Assembly: GCA_050575255.1 (NCBI GenBank)
Contig: JBNZDD010013683.1
Location: forward strand, 1,462,191-1,526,190
Source of the DNA: Harriotta raleighana
Lineage: Eukaryota
Direction: 5' to 3'
DNA length: 64,000 bases
Under the pieces are notes generated by a model. The model was not told the DNA's origin, searched no databases, and was given only the letters and a program-made list of their open reading frames with translations. Shown in pieces: positions 50,713 through 64,000 of this stretch. Position numbers and translations under genes: made by a program. The number at the start of each line of letters is the position of its first letter. Within the stretch, counting starts at the first letter, position 1.

Positions 50713-53191
50713 AATGCACTAATCTGAATCCGCAGGTTCAAAATGCTAAGCAGATGAAAGCCTAAGAATTTATTTTAACTGAAATTGCTCTTCACAACAG
50801 ACGATTCTCATCAATCAAAATAATTAGGTGGAAAACCATTTCAATCAATACATGTGCATGAAATTAATAATACATAATATTTAAGCAACGATACAATTCT
50901 TAATTACACAGTGGTCTTTGTATAGTAAAAATCATCAAAGGTAATCGTACTGAATATGCTATGAGGGATGGCGCCGATCAAATTCATTTCATTGCCAAGG
51001 TATGAATACACTTAATCATTCCATTATTCTAATAATGTAACTATAGTGGGATTGAATTCATCTTTCTATGATTTGCATTAACTGAAAGGAGACACACAGT
51101 TAGCGTTTGGAAAGTCAGCTAATCTATTTTCAATGTAACTACTTTTGTGTATAGATGTACCACTGGAAAAGAGTTTCTACTGGTGTCCTGTCTAACAGCC
51201 CCACAAATTAAATTAGCTTCCCAATTATGGCTCACTATGGGACACTACTGGCCGCAAATTGCATGCCACAGAATCCTGTGAAATATACTCTGATGTTTTG
51301 ATGAGGTTTTCACAGTCCTTTCCGCTACTCGCTCAGTACACTACAATACAAAATTATAGTTGTGTAGCACCTTTCACATTGGGAGGATTTCCAGTACTGT
51401 ACTGACCAGGGCTGTGTTCAAACAATACAAACACGTTAAAAGAAATTTGGGACCCTCCAGTTTCATTTGCAATCTTTTGTATTATTGATGGCAACTTACC
51501 TCACCATGAACAACCCTCCCCCCATGAGGGAAGAAACCTATCTCAATGAAACCCCAAGTTCACGTAGGATTTGTGCGGATGAAAAGGGCCTCAAGGTATT
51601 TCGATAACACTGTTCAAACATAAGGGTGATTGTATATTTGTAGTATTGAATCCCACATGTAATTCACATCATGGAAGTTAGGCAATAAAATACTTGAGCA
51701 TTAACAAAGCACAGCAAGATTTGACATCAAGGTACAGTAGTAGCTTTGCATTTGGTACATTATGTGTTAACACCCTACCCCCAAATTAAATACTAGTCAA
51801 CCTGGCAATTGTTTGACATGTTCCTATGAGAGCTGGATGCTGAATGAATTTCAAATGTTAATTAATGATAATTTATGCAAAAATTAATAGATTGTTTAAA
51901 GATAGTGCAATGTACTTTGATTTATAATAGCCTTTAGCATTGTGCTATTAAGCGCAACAATATTTCAGCTGTTCTAGCGGGATTTCATCCATATATTCAA
52001 CAGTGAAACTATGATAGTGCAAAATTGCTGCCCCCAAAAAACCTGCAGCATTTGGAACAAATGTACAAAAATTCTGGAGTTTTCATTTGAGGAAATCCAG
52101 GCTAAAATCCACTTAATACAAAGAAGGTTATGTAGTTTATTTGTTTCTAATTCTAAGTGGTAGGTTTCCAGTAATTCCAGTGGAATTTCTTCATAGTGAA
52201 CCCAAGTGGCACAAATGACAAATAATGTTCACCTATGGTAACTGCACTCTAGACCAGTCAATCTATAGAAAGGTATTTGAGTGGGTCGCAGGAATCTTTT
52301 AGGAGTGTTGGGAAGCTCAGTGTGTTAAGTTGGCTGTTTGATCAATGAACAGCACAGTCCCTCAAACTTCTGACACAAAATGGAAGTGATATAAAACCCA
52401 TTCCTCAGCAAAGCCAATATGAACCATCTGACAGACTTCATAATGTCACAATACTGCCATTCAAACCCAACACAGTGGTTGATATAACTGAGGAACCGCA
52501 TCAGTTTTTTCCCTTCCAGTTATTAAGCATAATGGTCATCCAGCGAGAGTAACAGCACTGAAATATGCTTAAGATTTGCTTCCAAATGGCAGTAATAACA
52601 TTTTTAGTGTCTCGAAGCCCATTTGGTAAAAGAATGCTCCTTAAAATATTACATATATTGCATATAATGTTTAATTTTAATCATGTTCCAGGTATAATTT
52701 GGCACTGTTCCTTTTTTTTTCAAAATAAGAAGCATTTGTAAGGCATAATTATAGTCCAAATGTTTTTTTTATACAGAAATAACCTTTGACAAGAAAGCAG
52801 TAATTTTACATCTGTTACACTTTAATAGTTATCTCCTTACCAACTACCTTGGGCCCAATTTTAATTCCCACAAACTTTAGAACGGTAGCCTGGGTAAACT
52901 GATATTCTCTCTTTGTTTGAACAATATTTATCAAATTGTTAATTAATATTTTGCAATGATTTCAAGATGGAAACCTCACGGAGTCATCAGTGGCCCATGT
53001 ATCAGTTTTAGAAGGACAATAGCATGGCTTAATTAGTAGCATTCTCAACTCTGCAAAAAATTTAAAAATGTAACTTGAATATTTGGCTCACACATACATA
53101 TATTAATTTCTGAGTCTTCTTCACACGTGAATATAATGGTCATCTCACCATCATAACCATTAATACCTCCAAATCCATCGCCACTCCCTAC

Positions 53192-53566
53192 TAATAATAA
53201 TACCTGCATTTGATATAGCGCTTTTCACGTATTCCAGACGTCTCAAAGAGTTTCACAGAATATACTGTAAAGTGAATTGACTGTATATTTGTGGGCGAAA
53301 CCTGGCTGCCAATTACACACAGCAGTGACCCACAAATAGTCATGGATTGAAATGACCAATTTATTCTAGGTTTTTTTTTACAGATTATTATTAGGCAGGT
53401 GGAGTAAGGAAACTTGCCCAATGTTTCGCCCTNGGTTGTTTTTTTTTACAGATTATTATTAGGCATGTGGAGTAAGGAAACTTGCCCAATGTTTCGCCCT
53501 GCATAGATTTGAACACAGGTCTCACACTTGTAGGGCGAGTGCTCTAATCACTGAGTTACAGGACTC
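53192..53566 (-). mobile_element. tRNA-derived Deu-domain SINE (contains N-flanked artefactual duplication)
   Basis: Full reverse-complement copy with head, core and tail. Confidence 0.9.
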
Positions 53567-53939
53567 AACTTGTCAACAACAAGAACGTTAGATATACTTA
53601 TAGACCCCTCACACAGGGTAGCAACCTAAAGTGTTTGAGTGCCAAATATAATAGAATTATTATTGGATGAAGAAAAAGCTTTTCAGTCCATCAAACTTTA
53701 TACGCCAAACATGAAATCTATTCAACTCTCTCCAACTTCTACAAGAGGTGATTGATAAATCTCCAAGATAAAGCTCCGTATTGTTTGTCTGAGCACAAAT
53801 GTAACTTAGAGAAAGTCAGTTCAACCTTACAATCTATATTATTTCGGCCCTGAGTCGTGGCATATTTCCATAGCCCCAAAGAAGGGAACGATTGTAACCT
53901 GAATGTTTTTAATTATCTCTCACCTCCCTTAAAACCTTC

Positions 53940-54286
53940 AATCCTCATCATAAAAAGGCGTTTATCCAACTCCTTTTCAACGGATTTACTTCACATACCA
54001 TTAACTGTTTTTGCTGCAAGTCTATTCCATGTTCCCATTACTCTGAAGAAGAAAGAAAGAAACCCTTCTAATCTCTATATTCACTTGAGGCTTGTTAATT
54101 TGTACTGTATCCTCCAATTCTGCACTTTACTGAAAGAAAAAAATTACTTGTTACATCTACAATCCATGCCCTTCATAATTTAAAACGCAGGATCAAGTCT
54201 CTTCTCAATTATCTTTTCTCCAACAGAAACAAATCCAGTCATGTGAGTCTCTCTTTATAATGTAAAGTCGCCAGACCTGGAATTAC
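53940..54286 (-). mobile_element. CR1-clade LINE ORF2 3' fragment
   Basis: Minus strand reads IPGLATLHYKERLT*LDLFLLEKR*LRRDLI...IMKGMD, matching the CR1 pattern PGLxxLSYEERLxxLGLFSLEKRRLRGDLI. Confidence 0.8.
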
Positions 54287-54736
54287 TTTAATACTGTACT
54301 TGAAGACTCAACACAGAGCAATCGTACATTGCATGCGTGCACCTAGTGGCACGTGTGCAATTAGCAACAATACCTTAATGAACTCTGAAAGTGGGTCAGT
54401 CAAGAGGAGCAGTGAAAGCATTTTCCCTGGAATTCGCACTATACGTTTGCAGAAGGGGTGATACAACCACTTTTAAAGAAGTACTTTAACATCAAAGGCA
54501 ATTTTTTATAAGCATTGACAGCTGTTGAAATCGTTAGACAATACATACAAGATTAATTTCTCCACAAGTGATTGTGAATTATGCGACTGTGAACAGAGAT
54601 ACATGATAAGGTCAGGCCTTCAATTCTATATACAGTATACATTTCCATACAAATGTTTGGATGAGATGTTTGGATGAGATGATTTTGGGGGATGCCCATT
54701 GGAATTAATACTATAATCACCCCAAAAAAACTTTAA

Positions 54737-54756
54737 ATGGAAGCAAGAAAATACAG
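54737..54756 (+). CDS. Candidate short coding start (MEARKY+AG), unidentified
   Basis: aaATGG context and a perfect donor CAG|gtaagt. Confidence 0.22.
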
Positions 54757-56132
54757 GTAAGTGGTTTGTTGTGCCCAAAAAGGAATTTGCAATATCTATA
54801 CCCCAATGGAATGTAGGTACAGTATTTACCGTAATGTTATTGTATTTGATCTTGTTAATTGCTTAGTACTGTACTGTACATCCATTTCTGCCATTTTTGT
54901 GTATCATTGTTGCCACTTGGCAAGTAGGCTGTAATATCAAGCAGTGTTGTCACATCGAGTAGAATACAATAGACAACGCAATAATCACAGATCCTTAAAG
55001 GGCTATAATGCATTCCTGTGAAGTCTAAATTTCTAAACCTTGGTGTTAAGGTGCCATATGTTCACTGCCTGTCTTTGTCTTTGTGTAATGTATATCACAT
55101 TATACAGTGCCTTTTTCGTGGTTGATCTTGGGGATTTGGCACCATTAAGACGCAAGAGGCAGTTTCAGAGTATGCCCTCTGTCAACTGGGCAACAAGATT
55201 AGCATTAATTAAAAAGAACACAGAGAGAAACAGATCTGAAACTCAATGCCTTATCTAGCAGCCAACTGCGAGTCAATTCCCCTTTCATACACTTCCTGCC
55301 TAATCCACATTTGGCAAGGGAAATGAACCCTGGATGCTGCCAGGACAATTGGCAAACATATCTGTGATGAGATTCTTGGCAGCGCAGACCACCTGGACAT
55401 TCATCGTGGAAGGCTTTTCTAATTCAGTAGGTGTGTGTATTTTCGAAACCGATGCATGGATGGATGCATTGGTACAATCAATTAAACACAAGACACTCGA
55501 GCAGTCACAATTTCATTGAGTGCCTCTTTGGTTCTCTGTTGCTGCTTTAGGAACATTGGAAAACATGTTGGAAAGCTTACGTTGTGGTGTATTCAGCAAA
55601 GCAGCAGTGACATGAGTAATGATTTTAGATACTGTTTACTGACTGATGCCCATAGTTGTTCCAGTGACATTAACGTTTCAGTTCTAACCTTTTACTCTCA
55701 AAAACACAGTGAACGACTTCACTCATCCGGTTGTGATTGCTCAGCGAACATCAGCAATCAATATACATTTTGCAATGTCTACTTCCTGATGAGGACACGA
55801 GACTCACACTACAACTCGTGCCAGCTACGCCAAAAATGCAGGCATCATAATCTTCAATATTGATCATTTTCATGTATTTTAATGGCTGCTTGACCAACTT
55901 TCAGAGCAGAGTGTTGCAGCCAATTTAAAAACAGCTTTGTTTTGGTGGGACAACGAACAAATTGCTGCGAGGGAGGGAAGCAATAAGGGAAAGCAATGTC
56001 GTGCAATCTAATTAGAACTGGAGAAACACTTGGAATGGAAATGTGTACCGCCCTGATCAACTTGCTTTTCTGTGTTAATTTTGATTACAAGAGGTTGTAA
56101 AAACGCGTGTGTATTCAAAAAATGTTTTGGGG

Positions 56133-56289
56133 AATTGGTCATTTCATTTCACGATTGCTGTGTGCAATTGGCTGCCATGTTTCGCCCACAAATACAAAGG
56201 CAATTCACTTTACAGTATATTTCTGTGAAGCGCATTGATACGTCCAGGAGATGTGAAAAGCCCTACATCAAATGCAAGGATTATTATTA
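56133..56289 (+). mobile_element. 3' half of a Deu-domain SINE
   Basis: aattggtcatttca...gtgcaattggctgcc...atcaaatgcaaggattattatt. Confidence 0.88.
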
Positions 56290-56822
56290 CGGAATTAAGT
56301 TAAAGAGTACTGGAAAGTGGTAAAAAAAAAAAAACTTTTTACTCTGTTGCTAAAGCCAATCTAGCATAGTGTCAATCATGTTCTACAGAGGAACACCATT
56401 ATAATGCAGTCCTTTCTCTTTTTGATATAACATTTCTGTCTCGCTTNATCATGTTCTACAGAGGAACAGCATTATAATGCAGTCCTTTCTCTTTTTGATA
56501 TAACATTTCTGTCTCGCTTATCACTTTGGTATCGGGCAGGTCTGCGATTAAGTTTCAGCCCTATGGAGCTCACAGACTATCCACTCGTTGAAATTTGAGG
56601 CTCAACCCATGCTTACAACCATTTTAACAGGACCTGCTCAGTCCTACATTAAGAACGAATTACACTGATTAGGAATATTTTAAGAAAAAAATGACCCTGA
56701 GCCAAGCCTCTACTAACTCATGGGGTTTAATTATAGTATTTGGCTCGGCTTATTGCCCACCCAACTGCATAGGAATTTAGACAGGTATCAGGCAACATGC
56801 TGTTGCCAGCTGTTTATTACAG

Positions 56823-56950
56823 GCAGCTGGACTGGGACTCTGAGACTGATGATCAGTACAGTGCAGCAGGGAACGTATGGGCCATCAGTGAGTCAACACA
56901 TGATGCTGCACGGGATTTAAATAAAACAGACGTGATATTGTCAAACGGAG
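56823..56950 (+). CDS. Candidate 128-nt internal coding exon (phase 2 to 1): QLDWDSETDDQYSAAGNVWAISESTHDAARDLNKTDVILSNG; gene unidentified
   Basis: Acceptor tgtttattacag and perfect donor GAG|gtaagt. Only one frame is open across it, composition is protein-like and GC is higher than the flanks. Confidence 0.45.
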
Positions 56951-57116
56951 GTAAGTACAACACACTATGTTTTATTGGGGATTTTTTCAGTGGAGAAGCT
57001 GTATTCAGAGATTAAGCCTTGATATTTGTAAATCGGTTTAAAGGTTTACTGTCCTTGTGTGATTCCCCCTTTTCTGGAGAAACTCACTCCTGGACCCATC
57101 TTAAAGTTTCTCCACA

Positions 57117-57328
57117 ATGGCTCAGTTGATAAGTTCTGCCTCCTGGTAAAACTAAGTCACACAGACCAAGGAAATCTGAAGTTTGATCCCAAGTGATCTG
57201 TGCTGTTTTAGCTAGGTGCAATTGGGGCAGTCGTTGAAAAAAGACACAACAATTGACCTCAATACTGCAAGAGCAAGGAAGGGAGAAAAGGTACAACTAG
57301 ATTTCCCAGGTGTGATCACTGTGGAGCA
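57117..57328 (+). mobile_element. AmnSINE2-like tRNA-derived SINE, diverged
   Basis: tggctcagttg A-box, cagaccaagg...gtttgatccc B-box, tctgtgctg...agct...acaattgacctca...gggagaaaa...tgatcact. Motif order matches the recalled consensus. Confidence 0.55.
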
Positions 57329-59035
57329 AGGAACAGCGCTAAAGCTTGATAACACTAAACATCTGGGCTCACACATTCATCTCAACACCTTTGTCAAATT
57401 GGTGAAACAACCGCCAGTGTAAAGCCATCTGGTTGTTGCAGTCAAGATCCTCTTAAAAGATGTACAGCATTTAACTATGCTTAAAATGATTTTTTTGGAA
57501 GCTGTTTCATTTTAGTTGCTGCTCTGAGATAAAGTATTTTAAGAGCTATCATCTAAAAATGTTCTATCATCTTGTGTCATCCACACTGTGGCAGTACAGT
57601 ATAATTAACTTAAGCAGGATTTCACACACTTGTCATTATTAATTAAATTGAAAATGTTAAGGTTATTAACAGCCTGAACCTGGGATGTGATTCGGATTGC
57701 TGAAGTTAATCTGTCATGGGAAATTAGTTACGTGTGGGTTAATTACAGCCATGTTTATTCGTTTGAATGCATAAATTATAACTAAAGGTTGCCTGAGTGG
57801 ATGAGAGAAACCAATCTTCCTAATTTAAAATTAAGTTTCCGATGAGATAAACAGATAATGTATTAATCCTCTAATAAAACATACTGGTTATATGCAGTGA
57901 AATTATTTCTCATTTTCCTGATAATGCATTCACACCCTTTAAAGATCATCTTCATAAATTCCAAATGTGAGATGTTCGAGGAAGGTTAAAGCTCATGGAA
58001 TTAATGGCAAATGAAGTAGTTTGATTGAAAACTGGCTGAGCTATTTGAAGGAAAAGGTGAGGACACATGAACAAGCTCAAGCTAACAGGCTGGTGGAATT
58101 CCTTGAGAGTCTGTCTAGATCTTGCTGATCAATAACTTGGTGCTTCTAATTCTAGAGAAACAGCACAGGGAAGGGAGAGGAACGGACTCCAACTGAATTG
58201 TTTGACTTTTGAAGTAAAGTATAGTTGGAAGAGACAAAGTGTTAATATAGTGTGCAGGTTGATTGGCTTGCAAGAGTTTTGCCAAGTTGTCAACCCTGAA
58301 ATGTGCAAGAGATAATGGAAAGGTTTGCAAAATCCAGTAATAGACAAGTTTCCATCTGGATTTTTGACATCAGAAACTGGTCACAGCAGGCACAAAGGCA
58401 ACAATGAATCAATTTCACGAAACGTGATTCGACTTCAAAATAGCTCGATTTCCAGTGATCAAATGCATGTTACCTTTGTCTGGACTTCCACAGATCACTG
58501 CCTGCTGACNATTTCAGTGGCCAGATAGAAATTGTCCAGCTATCTCACGCTCGTTCCAGACCTTGAGGCTCCGATACAGCTGCAAAAAGACCTTCTCCTT
58601 TATNGATAGAAATTGTCCAGCTATCTCACGCTCATTCCAGACCTTGAGGCTCCGATACAGCTGCAAAAAGACCTTCTCCTTTATGAAGCAGATCTAACAT
58701 TATATTACAATTCAAGCATTCAACCCACGTGCAGGATGTAATTTCTGCTCCTTTAAGAGTTACCATTTCTAACGTGATTTGCAACCGAAAACAGGCCCAG
58801 TGTTCACACTTGAGAATTGTTGAGTGAGGCTCTATGATTAATCAGAAACTGAAACCGGTAATGGTTTAATGTTGCCAGTTTTAGGGACAAAACCAGGCTT
58901 CAATAAAATAAATAAAGTATTCCATGAACTTTTATATTTGTGATGTTTATATGGCCTATGGGCTGCTTGGAAAGTAATTAGTTGCCTTGAAACAAATCTT
59001 CCAGGTGTGTAGACACTTCTGAAGTAACAGCACAT

Positions 59036-59389
59036 AAAATAATCTTTGCATTTGATGTGGCACCTTATCAAGTTGTCGAGCGCTTCACGGGATTCCTGGA
59101 GAGTGCAGCGATTGTAATTTCTGTAAACAAACATGGCAGCCAATTCGCACACGGCAATGTTACCACAAACAGCCATGAAGTGAATGATCAATTATATCTG
59201 GTGGATTGTTGGCCAGGATATCAGGAGAAAGTCACTTCGCTATCAAGTGCCACAGAACCTCCGACAATGCAGAACACTCTCAACACTGTATTGGAGCAAC
59301 AACATAAACTATGAGCTAAAAGGCACCACGGGTAGTTTGAACTCACAACCTTCAGCCGCACAGGTGAGCATGCTCCCAACTGAGCCATA
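59036..59389 (-). mobile_element. Ancient DeuSINE (SacSINE1-like), near full length
   Basis: Minus head tggctcagttgggagca...gagttcaaac, Deu core gaattggctgccatgttt, tail gtgaagcgct...atcaaatgcaaagattat. Confidence 0.75.
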
Positions 59390-61539
59390 TGGGCAGCAAT
59401 ATTTTGAATCGCTCATGCATAAAGCATTTGCAAATAGCTTGCTTCGCTTTCCATCTGAATAGGCAACTCAAGTTAATAACCAACTTGTGTCCTTCAATGG
59501 AACATGATAACTTTTCAAGCTAATTCCCTCACTCAGCAGTTCTGGTATTTATGGACTCCTTGGGTGCAGATGCACAATAGGCAATGATAATACGGTAATG
59601 TGATTGATAAAATAGGGTGTGTTTAATTCACTCTATGATCTATCATTTGAAACAGCTTTGCATTTTGAAAGCAAAGAAGAATGTTTGCTTCCAGATGTTC
59701 TATTGACAAAGTTGCACTTTTTCCACCCAATTTTATCACTGTGCATTTCAATGTGACTGCATCAGCATGAGTGAAGGGTGAACTGCTCACACAATTGCTG
59801 CTTTTATTCACCAAAACAGTTTGCCACTCTCTGTAAATTTGACCATCGTCAACATTTTTGCGACGCAACATCAATGACTTTTTTTTGTAACTGAAAAACT
59901 ATTAGCAGCAAATTTAAAATGGGCAGATTTTCATGGAAATGAGTGCAGCAACTTGCTTGAAAATACATTCAACAGATGTAAATCTCCAGTGTCCTGTTAT
60001 TTATCTCCTGAATGTAGAACACCCTCGATTGAAAGTGATTAAGCACTATTTCCAATAAATAAACTTTAATCTCTTAATTCTTTAATCAGCCATATAACCT
60101 GGAATCCTTGAAAATAGAACGTGAAAGAAAATAGGCTTATGCTACCATAGATCACTTGGGTATGTTTAATTGCTATCGTCTCACTGCAAACTCCTATTGT
60201 GATGTGCAAATGTATTTCAAATGAGATTGTAGCATTTTTGTATCTAATGTTAGTGTGGATCAAAAGCACTTTTTCAGTTCATACTGAGGATAACAGAGCA
60301 TAGACTGAGGTACATTATTGTGACTGGACAACAAAATATTGTCTTGATTCATAGTTGCTCCGTGAAATTGTACCCAATTGAAAAAAAAACGCCAGGTCAC
60401 AATAAATGTAGTGAGCACAGTTCTTCATAAGACCTGAGACCTGAAATGCTCTAGTATGATGACAACATTTACTGATTGAGTTGGGATTCCTCACTCTTTT
60501 GGAGAAAAATATACTGTATTGACGATGTAGCTTTCTGCAATGTTTAACCTCATTATATCTGGTTGCTGACTTACGGGTGCTGATATGACAGCCGTTATTA
60601 CTTTTGCAATGCAAAATTGCAATGTAACAACAACAACTTGCATTCGTATTGCGCCCTTCACAGCGGAGGGCATCTCAGAGGGCGGCAACGAGACTGCATT
60701 CTCGTTGCTTCATTCATTATCTGCTTGAAAAGACCAAAAAGACTCTTTTTTTTACGCTTTGAAACACCGCCTCTATTTTTTCCACTCAAATGTTTTCTAA
60801 TTTTAACAAAGAAGGGAGATTAAAAGTACAATTAAGGGGGGTGGGGGAGTGCATGAACTGCAGAAAGAAATCTACCATAGCATTCATGAAATAAAGTACA
60901 GTATTATAATAATTTTATACCTTTAGGTGGAAAATCCATTCATCGTCTTTCACTTCAGTGGAGACTTTGAATCAGATGTCATCTCTGCTGATCAAAAATG
61001 TTCAATCAGCAAAGCAAGTGATGTGACAGAGGACATTTTTCAGGGGGTGATGGGCAGAAATGATGTTGGTACACAGTGGCAACATGTTTTATTCATGAAG
61101 CACATCTCCAAGCATTTGGAAACATTTACAAGGTTATATTTATTTCTGTTTTGTCAAGACAGCCTTTGTTACATAGAAGATGTTGATATATCTGCTGTGG
61201 TGGCCATCGTTATACATATGTCCAATTATTTCAATTTTCCAATTGATATTTTCCGTCATCATAACATCTGCTTTTAGGTTTATCAGTGGTTCTAGTGGTC
61301 AACATAAGGAACAAAAGCGGAAGAAGTGAACTCAGGGGCAAACTTGCATTTCATTGCTTGTGTTTGACCAACTGATACCATTATAGCGATTTACATCAAT
61401 TCTATTCCTTAGACTGGTTTAATACAATGTTCTTTCAGTCCAGTCCACACTACCAGGGTAAAATCTGAATCCAGGAATCAGAGACAGAAGGACACATTTC
61501 CAGCCTATTTCAACCTGAAGAATTTCAGGAAGCAGGCCA

Positions 61540-61646
61540 GAGTCTGCTGAGCAGAGGGAGCGGGCAGGTTCGTAGGGGGACAGGAGGTCACAGAGGTAGG
61601 TGGGGGAACAAGGCCATAGAGGGCTTTGAAGGTGAAAGACAGGGTC
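61540..61646 (-). mobile_element. L2 ORF2 fragment
   Basis: Minus strand reads FTFKALYGLVP/YLCDLLSPYEPARSLCSADS, matching L2 FKALHGLAPxYLxDLLxPYxPxRxLRS. Confidence 0.85.
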
Positions 61647-64000
61647 ACAATCGCTAAATAAGCACTCAACAATAGTTATTGATAGTCAGCTATAGTCAAA
61701 CTGTAAAGCTTTGTTGTTTTCATGGCTGAGCCTTCCCTTTATAATGCCTTTATTTAGACTGTAACAATGCTTATTACACTGAGCATTGAAAGAAATTAGT
61801 ACAGGTATTGCAATAAAAGATGAGTTACAAGTCAATCACATTTATTGTGCAGCATGTGATTTCAAAACTAAATCTTTACCTCACACCCTGAGACGTCTCA
61901 AAGCACCTTACAGGATGTACAGTAAAGTATATTGTATATTATAGTCAGACTTGACAGTCACTTCACGGACAGCACTGTCCTGCAAAACAATCATTATCCA
62001 AGATCGGGGAAAGAACACAGAGATGGAAGCAGTTTGGGGATATTTTTCCAAAGAGACCAGTGACACTGCCAAGCAAACTTTGGAGGAATAACATATAACT
62101 TGTTGGTTTGCATTAATCTTAGTCATCCTAATTCAACAAACTGCTCATAATGAATTGTACTGAAACTCATTTGGAGCACCAAACTTTATTACATCTAGAG
62201 AACACTTAAGTGCAGGCAGCTGACTAATAGCATGCAAAATTGAGTACATCTCTATGGAGTTGGTGTGGGTCAGTGAGCTATGGAGAGAGTAATATCCAGT
62301 TTTATTGGTGAAGAAATTGCTCCCAGATTAATTGACAGAAATTCAGAGGTTGCAGCTGCATTCATTGAAACCAATTAACCATCAATATGTTAAATACCCA
62401 AACACTTTATAGCCAATTATCCTCTTGTCAGCAAATGAAGTATTGTAATAGGTAGTCTGCATCTCCATGAATGTCCCATTGCTACTCTAAAGATACATTG
62501 AAAGCCCAAATTGCTTTGGAATGAAGGGAACTTTAACTCATTTGAGCAAGTTCCTCTGCACTTTTCTGAATGTCAGCGAGATGAGCTAAGCGAATGTATT
62601 GCCAGGATGCTGAAGGACATTTCTCCATTGAGGAAAGCATTGTTACATGTTAGGTGACATTTATTGTTAGCAGGGGGTAAAAGTCAAGAATGCCCTGTTT
62701 AAATGGCAGTCGTAAGCACAACTGCCAGTGGAGCAGAGAATGTGTTTCAATGTATGCAACCAAGGGCAGAAAGAAAATGAGGTCTCTCTGTGTCGACACA
62801 GCATCTCAGACGACAGCTGGGAAATGTTTTCACTTGTAACCAGTGACTGGAAACTAGATCGAGACCACCCAAACCTATTTTATCGACGCCTAAGGCAGGC
62901 GAATATGCCGAACGATTGCCCTGGATTTGAGCCCAGAACTTAAATCCCAGATCTTAACCCTTTGAGGACGACATTAATGATTCAACTTAGCCAAGCGTAT
63001 ATCCATTTTTCAAGAGGAGGGTTATTCTCACAAGGCTTTGAATTACATTTGTTTCACAGTTTGGGGTAGGTTTGCCTAATTGACTTTATTTTACACATTG
63101 AAAAAAATGTCAGGTCAGATTATGAATGTATAATAGAAAGGATGCGCTGAGATTCATAGCTGAAAATGCCTCAGTATCCAAAAAGAAATGAACTACTTCA
63201 CTTATGTTGAGGACTAAAAGCTAAATTGAGAAAGTGAAGTGTAATTATGAGGAACTGCATAAGACTGCAATGCCGCTGCCAGGTAAAGCACTTGTACTGG
63301 TTTCTATAATTCTATAGTTACCTATGATCCATTTTGGATACAAGCCATTTTAGAATAATTCACATTTGAGAACATTATTGTTCTGCTTTAATCAAAGAAC
63401 CAAATAACTAATGAAAAGCATTAAGACCAAGAATTGTTTAGATATATATTTATGAGGAACTGGACCCCAGTGAATGGAATGAGCACTGAGAGTGACTGGG
63501 AAAATGATCAAAGAGGAATTCTAAGCCTACTTTGTACAGTCTGGTATTCAAACGCATTGCTGGCAAGTACGTCTTACACTATTGGTCACTAATTATGTGT
63601 TACAATAGCTTTTGAACAATGATTTTACAGATCCAGTGACTGGCCTATAATAGGATGTAATGAGGTATAGCAGGGGTCTGATCAAATGTGTTTTAATTCT
63701 GTCTAACAAATCCCTTTCCAAAGTATGGAGTGGCCGCAGATGAAAAAAATAACATGAAGATCATTTGCCTTGAAGTAAGACCCTTTCTGCAATACCTGGT
63801 TGAAGCATGTTTGAGATCATCTGTAAATTGCCTTTAAGCACACTCTCACATGTGATACTGGATTATTGAGGTGGTCTGGAAATGAGAATGGATAGCAGAG
63901 GTGGAACTGAATAGAGCACCTGACTGCAATCCCCCAGATGCCATATCATTTAAGAGTTTTACAATCCACCAGTGCAAAGCAGGCTTTTTTTAAAATAACT

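Noticed and set aside
51495-51610. Strong minus-strand donor (gag|gtaagt) with possible upstream acceptors
   Set aside because: No convincing frame or partner exons. Isolated consensus donors are common in introns.
8256-53421. Recurrent ORFs containing IQSIHFTVYSVK...KRYIKCKDYYY
   Set aside because: These are chance translations of the same SINE body, not a protein family.
53369-53500. Duplication inside a SINE around N at 53433
   Set aside because: Single-N overlap with allele-like differences.
56375-56519. 72-bp duplication around N at 56447
   Set aside because: One SNP between copies (cacc/cagc) with a single-N junction. Artefact.
58524-58684. 80-bp duplication around N at 58604
   Set aside because: One SNP (ctcgtt/ctcatt) with a single-N junction. 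Artefact.
59623-61277. ORFs 59623-59874 (-) and 60927-61277 (+) next to acceptor-like sites
   Set aside because: Donors are weak or absent and no motifs are recognisable, so they cannot be supported as exons.

Overview
This is AT-rich, CpG-depleted, non-coding-dominated eukaryotic DNA, not prokaryotic. The repeat content (tRNA-headed Deu-domain SINEs with L2-type 3' tails, L2 and CR1 LINE fragments, a Penelope-type minimal hammerhead relic) suggests a vertebrate, probably a cartilaginous fish such as a chimaera or shark; that assignment is inference. No complete gene is recognisable. Almost all listed ORFs are spurious or SINE-derived. The clearest non-repeat signal is a CpG-rich, frameshifted histone H2B-derived sequence (about 21249-21660). 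It sits inside an apparent composite retro-insert of about 1.7 kb made of the H2B relic, a SINE, duplicated Deu segments and an L2 tail. Other observations: recurrent pairs of retroelement 3' tails in opposite orientation, a 96-bp dispersed direct repeat, a hairpin cluster near 33.0-33.2 kb, and unidentified plus-strand candidate exons with compatible phases. Duplications flanking single N characters are treated as assembly artefacts. Family names come from recalled motifs, not from database searches.
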